Below are positions 48,227 to 57,944 of a stretch of DNA of 64,000 nt, piece after piece (the stretch's first letter is position 1; each line of letters begins with the position of its first letter). The position numbers and the translations under genes were made by a program. The notes below the pieces were generated by a model that was not told where the DNA came from, made no database searches, and was given only the letters and a program-made list of their open reading frames with translations. This DNA comes from an uncultured Lentisphaerales bacterium. GTDB lineage: Bacteria > Verrucomicrobiota > Lentisphaeria > JABSQK01 > UBA12247. The stretch covers positions 1 to 64,000 of the forward strand of contig CALSSJ010000026.1 of assembly GCA_943788985.1 (NCBI GenBank). The letters run 5' to 3'.

Positions 48227-50395
48227 ATGACACAGCAGATGACCGAAGGCAAAAGCAAAGGTATTCTGTTTCTCTCGGATCAAGGAGGGGATCAATACGA
48301 CATCAGGAACCTGTTCGAGGAACAAGGCTTCGCTGTCCACTTTCGTGATTCCGCCAAGCGGGCCATGCAGTATCTGAGCGTCTCGGAAGTGGCTCTGGTC
48401 ATATGTGATTGGCAACTGCGAGAAATGAGCGGCGTAATTTTCTGCCGTCAGCTACGCATGGCGCCGGAGCATCAGACGCAACCGCTGGTCCTGGTCGGTG
48501 AGGAAGTTGAGGGCGGCGAGAATTGCGTTTCGGCCCTGGAGGCAGGCGCAGATGACTTTATCGAAGCCCCATTCATCCCTGCGGTTCTGCTGGCACGCGC
48601 AGGACGGCTACTAGGTAAAACAGACGACGTAGCGGGCACAATGAGCGTGCATGTGGAGGCGGGGCAGCTCCCCGGCATTCTCCAGTATCTGGAGACAGAC
48701 AAGCGCACGGGGACGCTAACCATAGATGCAGAAGAAGCCACTGCCGTGCTGTACTTCCGCGAAGGGCGCCTCGTCAACGCGATCACCGAGTGCTGCGAGG
48801 ATCTGGACGTGGTCTCAGAGGTTCTCTGTTGGGAGTCTTCGGATGTGACCTTCCATGAAGGCAGTTTAGCGGAGCAAAACGTCGTCTTTGATCACGAAGT
48901 GACCGGCACGCTGATGAGTTGCGTCGTCAACGTCGACGAGTATCGAGAGACCCAAAAGAATCTCCCGCCCATGGAAGCACTGTTCAAGATCGGTCCTGCT
49001 ACGACGGTCGAGCTTAACGACAACGAGACCAAGATCCTCGAGATGGCAGTCAACGGCTATGCGATTGACGATCTAGTGCATCAAGAAGGGATGACTGTGC
49101 GCCAGGCGACAATGCAGCTGCATTCGCTGCTTGAGCGCGGTCTGCTCGTAGCAGAAGAGGGGCCTTTCGCTGAATACCAAGCTCGGATTTATGAAGAATA
49201 CCGGTCACACCGGTTGCTGGAAGAGAATCTAAAGCGGATCCGCGACATTCTGACAGATCTGTCTTTTCCACTCCCGCCGCAACCCGAATCGCTGCCACTT
49301 TCGCGGCAGGATTGGCTCGCGCCAGCGCCAAGGCTGGTCATCACCGGCGACAATGCCGAGCACTTACAGGTGCTGATGCAGTCATTTCGGCTGCTCAGCG
49401 CGAGGGTTTCTGGAGAACTCCCGCGCACCCGGCGCGGGCGCAACGGAGATGACAGGATGCGGCTTTCGTTTGGCAACGACCTGCCGTTTGATATCCAGAT
49501 TATCCCTGGGGTATTAGACGCCAATGGGATCGGCTCTCTCCCGGAATACCTGTTCGACGCCTGTAGCGTCGTTTTCGTCGTCAGTAAGCAGGATCACGAT
49601 TCCTGCCGGGATAATCTGCGCACTCTGCGACTGCTGCGCCAGAATTTCCGCGGCGTCTACTATTTGGTCGTCCCCCAGGTTGCGAACAGCGCTGGGATGT
49701 ATGAATTTCGGATGGACTGTAGCCATTGCGGCTACCGCCTCGCGGTGGACATGAGTCTGTCCGGCTCCATGGGCGAATGCCCGATCTGCAATAACACGAT
49801 CACGATCCCGGATCCGCTTGAGCACCTCACCTACACGCTCAAGATTCCATCTGCGGTTCCTGCCGTAATGATTAAGCCGGACATCGAGCGTCATGTCCGC
49901 GATCTCCTGCTGTTCGTGATTCAAAGCATCCAGAAGGGCTGCAACCCGCCGCGCAAGCGCCCGGCCAGAAAGAAGGGTGCAAACAAGCACGCCGTCCCCA
50001 CGACCAAACTTCAACTGCCCGAAGATCTTAAGAGTTCCCAAGTCCTGGCAGTCTCTGAAGTAAAATCGCGCACCGGCACCGGTTTTGATGTACACGCGGT
50101 GGAATCCCATGACTCACAGGACCCAGAAAGTGCACCAGAGGAGCCTGAGGTTCCGGTCCAATCGCCGACCGAGAAAAAGGAAGCCCGCGAGGCGAAAACC
50201 GAAGTGGATCGCGGGACCAAGAAGCTGCACATCAAGCAAATGCCAGGCGCGGATGGACGCGTCGAGGACGTCCAGAAGGTCTTGGATGAAATCATGGCTG
50301 ATGAGAACTCTTCAACCAAGTTCCTCGACGACGACTCGCAATTCGACATCGACGACTTCGTCCGCCAGATCAGCATGCGCTCAAAAAATCCCTGA
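48227..50395 (+). CDS. Multidomain protein: receiver domain, DUF4388/PatA-N-like domain, wHTH, alpha/beta domain with Zn ribbon, acidic tail
   Basis: LVICDWQL..MSG and AGADDFI (REC). LPGILQYL....RTGTL....LYFREGRLVNA (DUF4388-like). CSHC...CPIC (Zn ribbon). Confidence 0.75.
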   Translation: MTQQMTEGKSKGILFLSDQGGDQYDIRNLFEEQGFAVHFRDSAKRAMQYLSVSEVALVICDWQLREMSGVIFCRQLRMAPEHQTQPLVLVGEEVEGGENCVSALEAGADDFIEAPFIPAVLLARAGRLLGKTDDVAGTMSVHVEAGQLPGILQYLETDKRTGTLTIDAEEATAVLYFREGRLVNAITECCEDLDVVSEVLCWESSDVTFHEGSLAEQNVVFDHEVTGTLMSCVVNVDEYRETQKNLPPMEALFKIGPATTVELNDNETKILEMAVNGYAIDDLVHQEGMTVRQATMQLHSLLERGLLVAEEGPFAEYQARIYEEYRSHRLLEENLKRIRDILTDLSFPLPPQPESLPLSRQDWLAPAPRLVITGDNAEHLQVLMQSFRLLSARVSGELPRTRRGRNGDDRMRLSFGNDLPFDIQIIPGVLDANGIGSLPEYLFDACSVVFVVSKQDHDSCRDNLRTLRLLRQNFRGVYYLVVPQVANSAGMYEFRMDCSHCGYRLAVDMSLSGSMGECPICNNTITIPDPLEHLTYTLKIPSAVPAVMIKPDIERHVRDLLLFVIQSIQKGCNPPRKRPARKKGANKHAVPTTKLQLPEDLKSSQVLAVSEVKSRTGTGFDVHAVESHDSQDPESAPEEPEVPVQSPTEKKEAREAKTEVDRGTKKLHIKQMPGADGRVEDVQKVLDEIMADENSSTKFLDDDSQFDIDDFVRQISMRSKNP

Positions 50396-50437
50396 CCAGC
50401 GCCAGACCACTGGTGCGGCGGCAGTCCGTCGAACAGC

Positions 50438-51025
50438 TCAGTGACGCTCCAGACAGGCGCAGCTGAACATCCCCATCAGCATCACGACCAGGCAGATCAC
50501 GCTCACGGTTCGCCTTCGCCCCAGCCTGCGGCGGAAGGCCAACCCGAGCAGCGCGCAAAGCGGCACCAGAACCAGCGCTTCCAATGCCAGGTTTCGCAGA
50601 AAGACCGAGCTACCTGGCAACGCCGCGCTCGGCAGCAAACCGACCGGGCTATGATACAGCTCGCGAAGAAACGGCCAGAACAGCGGCAGTTTCATCACCG
50701 CCACGGCCAGATCCAAGAGCAGGTGCGAAGCGCCCGCACACGCCACCTCCAAACCCTGCACCGCCAGAACCCGCCCGCGCGACCCGCCAAGCGCGATTGT
50801 CGCCACAGACAGCAAGGGTAGCGCCAAAGCAAAAAGCAAAGAATGCGTAATGCGCAGATTCTCGAAGTTCTTCGCGGCCAGCGCTGACACCACGTAGTCG
50901 AGATCCGGGGCTGCGGCAACAAATGCAAGCCAGGCCACCCACAGGCCCCGACGCAATGTCCAAGCCCGGCGATCGCGGGTGCCCACGAAAACCCCCATCG
51001 CAAGATGTGCCGCCGGTGATGACAT
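50438..51025 (-). CDS. Membrane-bound metal-dependent hydrolase (YdjM/DUF457-like)
   Basis: N-terminal H, APDLD, THS, SHLLLD and LFWPF, with hydrophobic helices. Confidence 0.8.
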   Translation of the reverse strand: MSSPAAHLAMGVFVGTRDRRAWTLRRGLWVAWLAFVAAAPDLDYVVSALAAKNFENLRITHSLLFALALPLLSVATIALGGSRGRVLAVQGLEVACAGASHLLLDLAVAVMKLPLFWPFLRELYHSPVGLLPSAALPGSSVFLRNLALEALVLVPLCALLGLAFRRRLGRRRTVSVICLVVMLMGMFSCACLERH

Positions 51026-51202
51026 CTGCCTGCTCCTCGCCCCAATCCATCCAGTTCCTTCGTCCGGCTGTAATCATGCCGCAGACCGGCCAGATCGCAA
51101 CCGCGCAGACCTCCCGAGACACAGGCTTGTCATAGCTCTACTTGCAAGTGCCATGCGGCCCCCTATCGTCCCATTAAAATCTGTTCCGGAGCTGGAGGCG
51201 GT

Positions 51203-52360
51203 ATGAGCAATGAAGAGGCAATAGGAGAAACGCTAGCCATCGGGTCGCGATTGGTCCGCGACGTTCTTTCTCCCATGAAGCGGACCTTTGTCGGCAAGGA
51301 TACCATTGTTGACCTGCTCGGCATCTGTCTGGTTGCGCGCGAAAACCTGTTCATCCTGGGGCCACCAGGAACTGCCAAGAGCGCCCTTGTGAACGATTTA
51401 GCCAAGCGCTTACAGGGCAACACCTTCGACTATCTGCTGACGCGCTTCACCGAACCCAATGAGCTCTTCGGACCGTTTGACATCCGCAAGCTGCGGGAAG
51501 GCGATCTGGTCACGAACACCACGGGCATGCTGCCGGAAGCATCGCTCGTTTTTCTGGACGAGCTCCTGAATGCAAACTCCGCAATCCTGAACAGCCTGCT
51601 GACCGTGCTGAACGAACGCGTCTTTCGTCGCGGCGCGGAGACCCGCGCGCTGCCAGTCCAATTGATCGTAGGCGCGAGTAACACGCTACCAGAGGACGAT
51701 GCGCTGAATGCACTGTTTGACCGCTTTCTGCTGCGCGTAAACTGTGAGAATGTCGATGATGAACGCCTAGCGGACGTGCTCGCCGCTGGTTGGACGCTGG
51801 AAATGGACCAGAAGACCCAGGCTGCTGTATCCGTCGAGGAAGTCAAGCACCTGCACCGCCTGCTCCCATACGTCGATCTTCGACAGTCACGCGCGCCAAT
51901 GGTGCAGTTGGTTCGGAGAATTCGGACCGCGGGCCTCCCGTGTTCCGACCGACGCGCAGTCAAAATGCAGAAGCTCGTCGCGGCCAGTGCCCTGCTTTCC
52001 GGGCGCATGTCCAGTGACCCGACCGACCTGTGGTGCTTTCGCTACATATGGGACTCCCCGGACCAGCAGGAGATTCTGCAAGGTTTGGTCGATGACCTGA
52101 TGAGCAAAGTTGAAGAAGGTCCTAGTGAGCATCCACATGCGCGGCGGGCACAGCCTCCAAACCCGGAAGAACTAGCCCAGGAGCTCGATCAGGTCGAGAC
52201 TTCCCTGACTACCGCGCCGGACGCCCCCAGCAGGCAGCTTGCGATCGATCGCTTGAGCATTCTAGCCAACCGTTGCGAGTGGGTGACCGACGAGGCACGG
52301 CGCGGCTTTCTGCGTAATCGCGTGCAGACCATCTTCGCGAAGGGAAGCGTAAGTGGCTGA
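51203..52360 (+). CDS. MoxR-family AAA+ ATPase (RavA-like)
   Basis: Motifs GPPGTAKS, YLLTRFTEPNELFGP, FLDE, ILNSLL, ASN, DRFLLR and SDRR. Confidence 0.9.
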   Translation: MSNEEAIGETLAIGSRLVRDVLSPMKRTFVGKDTIVDLLGICLVARENLFILGPPGTAKSALVNDLAKRLQGNTFDYLLTRFTEPNELFGPFDIRKLREGDLVTNTTGMLPEASLVFLDELLNANSAILNSLLTVLNERVFRRGAETRALPVQLIVGASNTLPEDDALNALFDRFLLRVNCENVDDERLADVLAAGWTLEMDQKTQAAVSVEEVKHLHRLLPYVDLRQSRAPMVQLVRRIRTAGLPCSDRRAVKMQKLVAASALLSGRMSSDPTDLWCFRYIWDSPDQQEILQGLVDDLMSKVEEGPSEHPHARRAQPPNPEELAQELDQVETSLTTAPDAPSRQLAIDRLSILANRCEWVTDEARRGFLRNRVQTIFAKGSVSG

Positions 52361-53087
52361 ATGGGCTGCCAGGCTGCCTGAGGACTCGATCTCCATCTTG
52401 GGCCACCTCAGATGCCTTCCAGATCTGGACGCAGTACGAAACGGCGACACCATCTGGCTGCGCGGCCATGGCCACCCGTCCGGTGCCTTACGCCGCGTCC
52501 CCGACCTCAAACTGTACCAACTCGACGCCAACGGCGTGCTGCGCAGGCAGGGAGAACGCGTGCCCTTTGCGACACTTCCTGAGATGAAATGGAGCGCACT
52601 CACAGACTTCTGGGAGCTGGAGCTCCCCCCCACTGTCTTCTCGGCCAATCCGCCCGATCCGTGCGAGATTCGTCTCGAAGCATCTGATACGGTCTCCAAT
52701 CCGTCCGCACTCGTCACCGAGCCAAGCTTCCTGCTCGCATTGGCGGACGACGCCCCAGCGATTCGGCTCGCCGCCTTCTGCTTCGCCGCCACCAACACCA
52801 AAAAAGTCGTTTTGATCGGCGATACGCTCCCTCCCATTCCCGGCGACCGCTACGTCTGCACCGAAATGCTCTATGTGCGCTCCGGCTGGACCTGGACCCC
52901 CCACGTCCCCACGCCCATCATCCGGCATGGCCTCCGGGCCGATGAAATGGTATTTCTCTCCCCAAAAATAGACGATCCGTCGTCGGAGCAGGATGTCCTT
53001 ACCGACGTCGTGTCTGGAGAGGGCCTGGTACAGGCCAGTCGTGAATCGATTCGCATTACCGCAGAAAAACTGGATTGGAACCGATGA
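52353..53087 (+). CDS. Hypothetical protein coupled to MoxR; resembles accessory (bpX-type) proteins of MoxR-vWA-beta-propeller systems
   Basis: Overlaps the MoxR stop codon. Motifs WAARLP...LR....L.......IWLRG and VLIG..LPPIPG. The family call is from memory only. Confidence 0.55.
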   Translation: MAEWAARLPEDSISILGHLRCLPDLDAVRNGDTIWLRGHGHPSGALRRVPDLKLYQLDANGVLRRQGERVPFATLPEMKWSALTDFWELELPPTVFSANPPDPCEIRLEASDTVSNPSALVTEPSFLLALADDAPAIRLAAFCFAATNTKKVVLIGDTLPPIPGDRYVCTEMLYVRSGWTWTPHVPTPIIRHGLRADEMVFLSPKIDDPSSEQDVLTDVVSGEGLVQASRESIRITAEKLDWNR

Positions 53088-53449
53088 CACTCGATGAAAC
53101 ACTGGACGCTGTGGGCGTCACGCAAGCCCGCCGCCATCTCCTGCTCTGCTGCGATCAAACCAAGCCCAAATGCTGTGACCACGCAGCCAGTCTGGCATCC
53201 TGGGACTTCCTCAAGCGGCGACTCAACAAGCTAAAGTTGACCGGTGCCGGTGGCGTCCTCCGCACCAAGGCAAACTGCCTACGGGTCTGCCGGGAAGGAC
53301 CGATCGCGGTCGTCTATCCAGAAGGCACTTGGTACCGGTCATGCACGCCTGACGTGCTCGAACGCATCATTCAAGAGCACCTCATCGGCGGCACCCCGGT
53401 TGCGGAGTTCGCAATCGCGCACCAGCCACTGATCGCCGACGACCAATAA
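53084..53449 (+). CDS. Thioredoxin-like (2Fe-2S) ferredoxin
   Basis: RHLLLCC...KCC and [22 protein letters not shown]...IIQEHL. Confidence 0.9.
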   Translation: MTLDETLDAVGVTQARRHLLLCCDQTKPKCCDHAASLASWDFLKRRLNKLKLTGAGGVLRTKANCLRVCREGPIAVVYPEGTWYRSCTPDVLERIIQEHLIGGTPVAEFAIAHQPLIADDQ

Positions 53450-53459
53450 TCGTTTCCGC

Positions 53460-54770
53460 TCAGCTCAGGCCAAGCGTTGCCGCGGCCAAATCACGCGCCT
53501 CCTCGCCGAGCGCGAAGCGCCCGCCATCGTGCGCAAGCGAGACTGCGGAGATCGCAAACTGATCAGGCGACAACAGCGCATGCCGCACCAGGTCATCCGC
53601 TGAAAGCGTCGGATTGCCCATTCTTGGCACAAGTTCCAGCCGAATCGAGCCTATCTGGTCATACGAGCGGTAGACCAACTCCGTGCAGACCAGGCAGTCC
53701 GACCGCTTAAAATCGAACGAGAAATCATACGGTTTTCCCACATGGCGCAACACCTTCCGCAGGACGGCGCGCTTTTGCTCCAGACTCACCTGTGGTCGCA
53801 GCACCACCACGTGATTCACGCGCAGCGTCCGCTCAAGGGTATTCACCACCACCCCAGCGGCCAGGGCCTCCGCAGTGACCAGCCGGACACCTCGATCCCA
53901 GCGCCAGTCAACATCCACCTTTAACGCCTCCAAAGCCGTAGCGCCGCCGTGATAGACCGCGGCGTGCGTCCACCAGCCAGGCAACAATGCCGTACTACTC
54001 TTGTTGTCCGGGCGCACGATCATGATGTCCCCTGGCTCCAGCACATCGCGTAGACTCTCCCGGTGCGAGCGCGGAATCGCAGCTGGCCGGCCGAACCAAA
54101 CATTCCCCACCAGCCCCAAAGCGATGGGCTGTAAGTGGTCGCGCAGACTCGCCAGCTGCTCGCGCAGGCGCTGCCGCATGTCCCGCAATTGGGCACGCGC
54201 TCCGAGCAAGCAATGACTGCCCGCTTGCGCTTCCACCGACGGCAACTCCCCGTCGATCAGCTGCACCAGATGTTGCCACTCCGGCCCCAGATCTGCAAAC
54301 TCCGCCGCCGACTCATGGTACGTCCGCGCGGCGTCTAGCAGCCGCGCCACGGTTTGCGGACTCCGCAACGCCGCATAGATCGCGTCGAACAGTCCGGGTT
54401 CAAGGCCGAAGTACGTGTCTCGCTCATTCAACTTGGCACGAATCACCGGCACCTGGTCATAGCAGGCGATGACATAAGATGACCAAGAGTAGAGGTGAAT
54501 CGCCGCGCCGAAAGCCAGCAGGAAGGCCCCGCGGTCATCCTCGACATGGTTCTCATGGCGAAAAATGATTTCATATAAGGACCGCCGATGATTGCGGTAG
54601 GTCAGCCACAACCGCCGCGCTTGGTCTTCCTCATCAGGGCGAAAATACCCACGCTCGCGCACTGCCAGCGATTCGCGAAGCTGCGATGCTTCCGTGCGCA
54701 AGCGCTTGGTGTCGGCTGCGATGGCCTTCAGCGCTTCAAGGTCCTCGGTGATGTCCACGTCTGCGTTCAT
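53460..54770 (-). CDS. Permuted papain-like NlpC/P60 (YiiX/YebB-like) enzyme with helical N-terminal extension
   Basis: PGDI, GWWTHAAVY (His), then GKPYDFSF and LVCTELV (Cys). His before Cys is the permuted order. Confidence 0.8.
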   Translation of the reverse strand: MNADVDITEDLEALKAIAADTKRLRTEASQLRESLAVRERGYFRPDEEDQARRLWLTYRNHRRSLYEIIFRHENHVEDDRGAFLLAFGAAIHLYSWSSYVIACYDQVPVIRAKLNERDTYFGLEPGLFDAIYAALRSPQTVARLLDAARTYHESAAEFADLGPEWQHLVQLIDGELPSVEAQAGSHCLLGARAQLRDMRQRLREQLASLRDHLQPIALGLVGNVWFGRPAAIPRSHRESLRDVLEPGDIMIVRPDNKSSTALLPGWWTHAAVYHGGATALEALKVDVDWRWDRGVRLVTAEALAAGVVVNTLERTLRVNHVVVLRPQVSLEQKRAVLRKVLRHVGKPYDFSFDFKRSDCLVCTELVYRSYDQIGSIRLELVPRMGNPTLSADDLVRHALLSPDQFAISAVSLAHDGGRFALGEEARDLAAATLGLS

Positions 54771-54893
54771 GCCAAACTCTACGCGAAACTTCGCGAATTC
54801 GCAATCAGTGCCGCACCCCTGTGCCGTGAAACCGTCAATTAAATTCGCAAAACATCACGTATTTCAGTCCCTTTAACGCTACTGATTGCCGTC

Positions 54894-54981
54894 TGTTGAT
54901 AACTTGTTAATAAATCAATTAAAAAAAGGGACAGAATCTTCTTGCACCGCGTTCTTACCGAGCTAAAATGCGTTATCTACG
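54894..54981. promoter_or_regulatory. AT-rich region with DnaA-box-like 9-mers and a sigma70-like promoter
   Basis: TGTTGATAA (54894-54902), TGTTAATAA (54905-54913) and TTATCTACG (54973-54981). TTGCAC, 16 bp, TAAAAT spans 54942-54969. Confidence 0.5.
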
Positions 54982-55051
54982 AGTGCTCCGCGTGGCTTTA
55001 TTAAACTTATTCCCTCGATAAACTTTTCATTCTTCAGCTGGAAAAACCCCG

Positions 55052-56320
55052 TTGCCCCCCCCTACCAGTCACACATTAATCGCCGGTCTTGGCATCAGCG
55101 GCTATCACGCGGCGCGGCTCGCTGCTCGTGAGGGTCACGTTACCGTGATCGACGGTGGGTTGGGCCCGCGCACGAAGATGTGGGCGGACGAGCTGCGCGC
55201 GGCTGGCGTAGACGTACAGCTCGCGTGTGGCCACCTACCGGACTGCCGGGCAGACCTCGCGGTAATCAGCCCAGGGATCCCAGCCTCGCATCCGTGGGTG
55301 CGCGCCCTCGCCGCCCGCGGCATTCCCTGCACGAGCGAGCTGGCATTTGCTGCCGCCCGAATCGCGGCGCCCAAGCTGGCGGTCACCGGAACAAACGGAA
55401 AGACCACCACAGTCCAGATGCTCACGCACATCCTGCGCGCGGCGGGGAAGCGCGCGGTCGCGGCGGGGAACATCGGAAGATCGCTGTCCGAGCTGGCGTT
55501 GACGGGCGAGCAATGGGATGTAATTGTCGTTGAGGTTTCCTCCTTTCAGCTGGAACTGGGCGTCCCCTTCCAGCCGCTAGCGGCCGCGCTGCTCAATGTC
55601 ACCTCGGACCATCTTGATCGTCATGGCAACATGGCCAACTACGCTGCGTTGAAGGCCAGCCTGCTGACCTGTCTGCCAGCAGCAGCTCGCGTGCTCCGCA
55701 GCGACGTGGCCCGAGACCTCACCATCGAAGGCGAGTGTTTCTCCCAGCCCGACAAGGATCTGCCGCCGCTGCCGGCATCTCTGCCAGGCCCGCACAACGT
55801 CGAGAACGCGCTGGCGGCTACGGCCTTGGCCGAGCGCGCAGGCGTCGCGCGACGCGCTGCTTGGGACAGCCTCGAAAGCTTTTCGCTCGACGGACACCGC
55901 CTGCAACTAGTAAGCGCGGAAGACGGCATTCGGGTCTTCAACGACTCCAAATCCACGAACCCGGACGCACTGGCCCGTGCCCTAGATGCTTGTGGTGCGG
56001 CCAACGATGTCGTGCTGATCGCCGGCGGGCGCGACAAGGCGATGGACTTCGCTGTCCTGCTCCCGCGGCTGAGAAGTCTGGTTCGCGAGGTCCACCTGAT
56101 CGGTGAGAATCGAGCCCAGCTGGCAGCTCTTTGGGCTGGCGCGGTCCGCTGCGTCGAACACGATGGTCTGGAGAGTGCGATCACGGCAGCGACCGGCATT
56201 GCCCGACGTGGCGACACCATTTTATTTTCCCCTGGCTGTGCCAGCCAGGATATGTTCATTGACTATAAGCAGCGTGGGGCATCCTTTGTCACCGCTATCA
56301 AGAGGAGACACATCGCATGA
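55052..56320 (+). CDS. murD: UDP-N-acetylmuramoyl-L-alanine--D-glutamate ligase
   Basis: Motifs GLGISG, SPGIP, TGTNGKTTT, GNIG, EVSSFQL, DHLDRH, NDSKSTN and SPGCASQDMF. Confidence 0.95.
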   Translation: MPPPTSHTLIAGLGISGYHAARLAAREGHVTVIDGGLGPRTKMWADELRAAGVDVQLACGHLPDCRADLAVISPGIPASHPWVRALAARGIPCTSELAFAAARIAAPKLAVTGTNGKTTTVQMLTHILRAAGKRAVAAGNIGRSLSELALTGEQWDVIVVEVSSFQLELGVPFQPLAAALLNVTSDHLDRHGNMANYAALKASLLTCLPAAARVLRSDVARDLTIEGECFSQPDKDLPPLPASLPGPHNVENALAATALAERAGVARRAAWDSLESFSLDGHRLQLVSAEDGIRVFNDSKSTNPDALARALDACGAANDVVLIAGGRDKAMDFAVLLPRLRSLVREVHLIGENRAQLAALWAGAVRCVEHDGLESAITAATGIARRGDTILFSPGCASQDMFIDYKQRGASFVTAIKRRHIA

Positions 56321-57825
56321 CGACACTTCAAAAAATCTGGCACCGACTACCGGTTGCAGGTACCGCAGCGCTCGGCGCCGCAACACTGCTGGCTACTGGC
56401 TGCCAATCCGTCAAGGGGCCATCGGCTCTGTTCAGCAGCAAGGAACCTACGCCCATCCTAGCACCACGTTCGAACGTACCCTCGCCGTATATTCGTCCTG
56501 CGGACCAGCTCCCAGCAGCGCCCCCAGCCTTCCGCTCGGAGTCAGCCCAGCAACAGGGCTATTCCAGCCCCGAGCCATCTGCTCCGGCACCGCAGTATGT
56601 GCCGATTGTCGAGCAGAAACGAGGGACTCCCTTGGAACAGATCACAGCGATCCAACTGACGACGGCCGTCCCGCCGCCGGTCGTAAGTGCCCCCGCGCCC
56701 CAGCCAACCCTAGACCGGGCCCCGGAATTTGAAATCCAGCCCCTGCCTATGGCAGTGGCCATGAACGTAGCAGTTCCCGCAGCACCGCCGCGCATGCTCG
56801 GTGTTCCGGCGGACATCACCGACGTCAGCCCCCTTCTGCCACCAGCAGTGACGGCAGTTCCAGCGCTGGTGCGCCAGCCCATCGAAGCCATCCCAGAAAT
56901 CGAGCCATTGCCCGAAGTCAGCTTCGGCAAGGGTCTGACGCACACCGTCACCAAGGGCGACAGCCTCTGGAAAATCGGCAAAAAGTATGGCGTTACTGTC
57001 AATGAGATCGCAGCCTTCAACGGTATGGACCAGAACAAGAGTCTCCACCCAAAGACGGTTCTGCGGCTCCCACCGGGTGCCACACTCGTCCCTGCGCAGC
57101 AGAGCTCTGCGCCCCCCAAGGCATCATCGAAAAGCAGGCTGCCCAGCGCTAGCATGGCGACATTGACGATGACGCCCAAGGCCAAGAAGCCGATCCCAAA
57201 CAATGGCACGTACACCGTTCAAAAGGGTGACAGCCTGTGGAAGATCAGCCGGCTATTCGGTGTTTCCGTGAAGAACCTGCAAACCTACAATGGCCTCAAC
57301 TCCACCAGCCTGGCCGTCGGACAACCGTTGTCCTTGCGCCCAAGTGGACAGCTTAAGAGACGCTCCCAGGCCGCCACTCAGCAGCCTGCGCGTGAGCAGG
57401 TCGCGACTCGGAAGACGCCCAGACAGCTCTCAACTGCTGCTCAGCGGAAGCCTGTCGCCACTCCGGTCGTAAAGCCCACCACCCGCAAGGGCTCGCCGCC
57501 CGCTGAGATTCTGACGTTGAGTGCAAATGGCGGTTTGGCCGCCAGCGGCGCTGCTCCAGCGAGCAAGGTCCAAGAGAGCACTCCAGCCGTCAAGCCCTTG
57601 GTTGCCGCTAAGGCAATCGCCGAGGCCCCAAAGGTTCCCGAGGCACCGCCGTTCAAACTTCCGCACACGATCACGCAGCAGGATACTCTCCCCGAAATAG
57701 CGGAGATGTACGACTCGCATGTCGAGTGGATCCGTAGCGCCAATCCGACGCTGCCGAAGAATGACAATCTGGAAGGCCTCATCGGCAAAAAAATTGCTGT
57801 CCCAGTGCACAGCCTGCACAAATAG
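56317..57825 (+). CDS. LysM-domain putative lipoprotein (three LysM domains, Pro/Ala-rich linkers)
   Basis: Lipobox-like LATGC, then HTVTKGDSLWKI, YTVQKGDSLWKI and HTITQQDTLPEIA. Confidence 0.88.
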   Translation: MTTLQKIWHRLPVAGTAALGAATLLATGCQSVKGPSALFSSKEPTPILAPRSNVPSPYIRPADQLPAAPPAFRSESAQQQGYSSPEPSAPAPQYVPIVEQKRGTPLEQITAIQLTTAVPPPVVSAPAPQPTLDRAPEFEIQPLPMAVAMNVAVPAAPPRMLGVPADITDVSPLLPPAVTAVPALVRQPIEAIPEIEPLPEVSFGKGLTHTVTKGDSLWKIGKKYGVTVNEIAAFNGMDQNKSLHPKTVLRLPPGATLVPAQQSSAPPKASSKSRLPSASMATLTMTPKAKKPIPNNGTYTVQKGDSLWKISRLFGVSVKNLQTYNGLNSTSLAVGQPLSLRPSGQLKRRSQAATQQPAREQVATRKTPRQLSTAAQRKPVATPVVKPTTRKGSPPAEILTLSANGGLAASGAAPASKVQESTPAVKPLVAAKAIAEAPKVPEAPPFKLPHTITQQDTLPEIAEMYDSHVEWIRSANPTLPKNDNLEGLIGKKIAVPVHSLHK

Positions 57826-57858
57826 GATAGCGGCTGTAGTTAACAGTGTGGCGTACCG

Positions 57859-57896
57859 AAGCCGGTGTTGCGAACTTCGCAACACCGGGCTTCTTT
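57859..57896 (+). terminator. Rho-independent terminator
   Basis: A 12-bp perfect stem (ccggtgttgcga-act-tcgcaacaccgg) followed by gcttcttt. Confidence 0.7.
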
Positions 57897-57944
57897 CGTA
57901 GGTACCGAATCACGCTTGGCGCGCTTTGGCATCCGTCCTCATAG

